Shown: positions 61,973 to 64,000 of the stretch, piece after piece
Position numbering within the stretch: the stretch's first letter is position 1
Layout of the letters: each line of letters opens with the position of its first letter
Source of the DNA: Verrucomicrobiota bacterium
GTDB lineage: Bacteria > Verrucomicrobiota > Verrucomicrobiia > Limisphaerales > JACQFS01
Reading direction: 5' to 3'
Assembly: GCA_016199935.1 (NCBI GenBank)
Contig: JACQFS010000018.1
Span: 18,785 to 82,784, forward strand
Length of the DNA stretch: 64,000 nt
Translations under genes and position numbers: made by a program
Notes under the pieces: generated by a model
What the model was told of the DNA's origin: nothing
The model's input: the letters and a program-made list of their open reading frames with translations, nothing else
Databases searched by the model: none

Positions 61973-62065
61973 TCGAATCATGGAGCGAGGTTGCATCACA
62001 CCCTGGACGCTCCAAGGGCGTCCGGTCTTTTCGCGGCGCGCTGAGGACAGCGCGCCCTACCTGAC

Positions 62066-62776
62066 TCACGCCGCCTTCGCGGTGCGGCGTTTCTCCAACG
62101 CGGCGATCATGCTTTGGAAAATAAATTTCCCGTCGTCGCTGCCGAGCAGCGGCTCGCTCGCGCGGTCGGGATGCGGCATGAGGCCGGCGACGTTGAACCG
62201 CTCGTTGGCGATGCCCGCGATGTTCAGCACCGAGCCATTGGGATTTGCTTTCTCGGTGAGCGCGCCGTTCGCGTCGGAGTATTGCCAGAGGATTTGTTTG
62301 TTCGCTTGCACCTTCGCGAGCGTGTCGTCATCGGCGAAGTAGCAGCCTTCGCCGTGTGCGATGGGGACACGGAGGATTTTGCCGGACGGAATGTGGGTGG
62401 TGAACGGCGTGTCGTGATTGGCCGTTTTCAGGAAGACCTGCTCGCAATGAAACTGGAGGTCGCGGTTGCGGATGAGCGCGCCGGGCAGCAGGTGCGCCTC
62501 GCACAAAATCTGAAAGCCGTTGCAGATGCCGATGACCAGCCCGCCATTTTCGGCAAACTGCTTCACCGCCTGCATCACCGGGCTGAAGCGCGCGATGGCG
62601 CCGCAGCGGAGATAATCGCCGTAGCTGAAACCGCCGGGCACGATCACGGCATCGGCCGCGCCGAGCGAGGTGTCCTTGTGCCAGACAAGTCCGCTGGTGT
62701 GGCCGAGCACGCGCGCGGCGTGGACGCAATCCTGGTCGCAGTTGCTGGCGGGAAATTGGAGGACGGCGAAGTGCAT
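62066..62776 (-). CDS. purQ: FGAM synthase glutaminase subunit
   Basis: FPASNCD, PGGFSYGDYLR, GICNGFQIL, MPHPDR. Confidence 0.97.
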   Translation of the reverse strand: MHFAVLQFPASNCDQDCVHAARVLGHTSGLVWHKDTSLGAADAVIVPGGFSYGDYLRCGAIARFSPVMQAVKQFAENGGLVIGICNGFQILCEAHLLPGALIRNRDLQFHCEQVFLKTANHDTPFTTHIPSGKILRVPIAHGEGCYFADDDTLAKVQANKQILWQYSDANGALTEKANPNGSVLNIAGIANERFNVAGLMPHPDRASEPLLGSDDGKFIFQSMIAALEKRRTAKAA

Positions 62777-62780
62777 GGGG

Positions 62781-62833
62781 GTAAGGAGTAAGGAGTAATC
62801 CGTAATCAGTTACGCATCACTCATTACTCGTTA
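62781..62833. repeat. Heptamer-based hairpin between purS and purQ
   Basis: 62781-62805 is the exact reverse complement of 53264-53288. Confidence 0.8.
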
Positions 62834-63076
62834 ATCAACAATCTCCAGCCGGTAATCCTCGATCACCGGGTTGCTGAGGAACTGGTGCGCGGCGGCGTCG
62901 AGCGCTTTCTGCGCGGCGGCGCGGTCGGTGCCGGGCGCGAGATCGATCTCGAGATACTTGCCCACGTGGACGCCGGTGACGCCGCGGTAGCCCAGGTGGT
63001 CGAGTGCGGTCTGGACGGTTTTGCCCTGCGGATCGAGGACAGCCTTCTTCGGAGTGATGATGATTTTGGCTTTCAT
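62831..63076 (-). CDS. purS: FGAM synthase PurS subunit
   Basis: MKAKIIITPKKAVLDPQGKTV, GKYLEI, LSNPVIEDY. Confidence 0.96.
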   Translation of the reverse strand: MKAKIIITPKKAVLDPQGKTVQTALDHLGYRGVTGVHVGKYLEIDLAPGTDRAAAQKALDAAAHQFLSNPVIEDYRLEIVD

Positions 63077-63276
63077 GTCGGAGCGGCGCGGGCCGCGATG
63101 TGCGGCGTGAATGTGGGGAAACGCGGCGGGGCAGGCTAGATAAATTTTTACCCGGCGGAAGTTTGCCCGCGAAGCACGCGAATGACGCGAAGGGCCGGGA
63201 AAAAGTTTCAGGGGAGCCGACTCAGCCGAAGGTTGGGGCTTTTCCTCGGCGGCAGAAGCCGGCAGGCTCACGGCCC

Positions 63277-64000
63277 GTGAAAAGCCTGTTCCGCCATTTG
63301 CGCCGCGCCGTGCTGATGTTCGCCGTGTGGCTGGCGGCCGACGCGCGGCTTCTCGCGCACGACCCCGGCCTGAGCACGGCCACCTTCAAGCTCACGGCCA
63401 CGCGCGCCGAGTGCCAGCTCACGTTCGCCCGGCTCGATGTCGAGACGCTCGTGAGGCTCGATACCGACGGCGATGGGAAAATTTCCGCGGCCGAACTCGC
63501 CGCCGCGCAGCCGCGTTTGGACGGGCTCGCGACCAACGCGCTGGAGTTCCGCGCCGACGGCGCGCTCCTCGCGCTGCAAAGTTCCCGCGCGTGGCTCGAC
63601 GAGACGAACAACATCCACCTCGATCTCGCGTTTGTGCTCCACGCGCCGAAGCAGCTCTCCGTTTTTTCCGCGCTCATCAAAAAAATGCCGGCGAACCACC
63701 GGCAGTTCGTCGTGTTGCAGGACGGCGACGGGCAGACGCTCGCCGAGGCGCTGCTGAGCGCGTCGCAGGACGTGGTGGACGTGGACGTGGCCGAGTTGCT
63801 CGCGGGCGAGAAGCCGCCGCCGGATCGCGCGCGGCTGTTCCGAGAATTTTTTGTGATGGGCGTGCAACACATCCTCACGGGCTACGATCACCTGCTGTTT
63901 CTCCTCGGCGTGCTGATCGTGATGACGCGCCTGAAGGCGACGATCTGGGTGATCACGTGCTTCACGCTCGCGCACTCGACGACGCTGGCACTCGCGGCGC
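63277..64000 (+). CDS. HupE/UreJ-family protein, partial (runs off the right edge)
   Basis: GTG start, signal peptide, AHD, DTDGDGKISAAE, GVQHILTGYDHLLFL, FTLAHSTTL. Confidence 0.88.
   Translation, partial: MKSLFRHLRRAVLMFAVWLAADARLLAHDPGLSTATFKLTATRAECQLTFARLDVETLVRLDTDGDGKISAAELAAAQPRLDGLATNALEFRADGALLALQSSRAWLDETNNIHLDLAFVLHAPKQLSVFSALIKKMPANHRQFVVLQDGDGQTLAEALLSASQDVVDVDVAELLAGEKPPPDRARLFREFFVMGVQHILTGYDHLLFLLGVLIVMTRLKATIWVITCFTLAHSTTLALAA

Overview
High-GC bacterial chromosome segment. Gene content (PVC-type heme proteins, sulfatase, Bat-like operon, Ig-repeat giant protein) suggests Verrucomicrobiota; this is an inference. Housekeeping genes: ligA (partial), iscS-like, dnaN, add, uppP, tRNA-Leu(TAG), leuB, purS, purQ. 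No CRISPR array, rRNA, integrase or transposase was seen. Main unusual features: (1) many unrelated REP-like palindromes and heptamer repeats, several read in frame inside genes (ligA, iscS, DUF58) and ahead of the signal-peptide cores of four Bat-operon genes; (2) yjbQ split in two by an ~8.7 kb block carrying a GH-GT2 fusion, an ABC exporter and an ATPase-less MacAB-type set; (3) a candidate oriC (DnaA boxes plus trio-like motif) upstream of dnaN with no dnaA next to it; (4) an AT-richer ABC-type ATPase plus PIN-like gene pair, a candidate defence module; (5) small cargo genes bounded by 34-39 bp direct repeats and sharing a TGGACA-N17-TAGNNT promoter; (6) a 5'-truncated moxR. All product calls come from motif recognition by eye; no searches were run.
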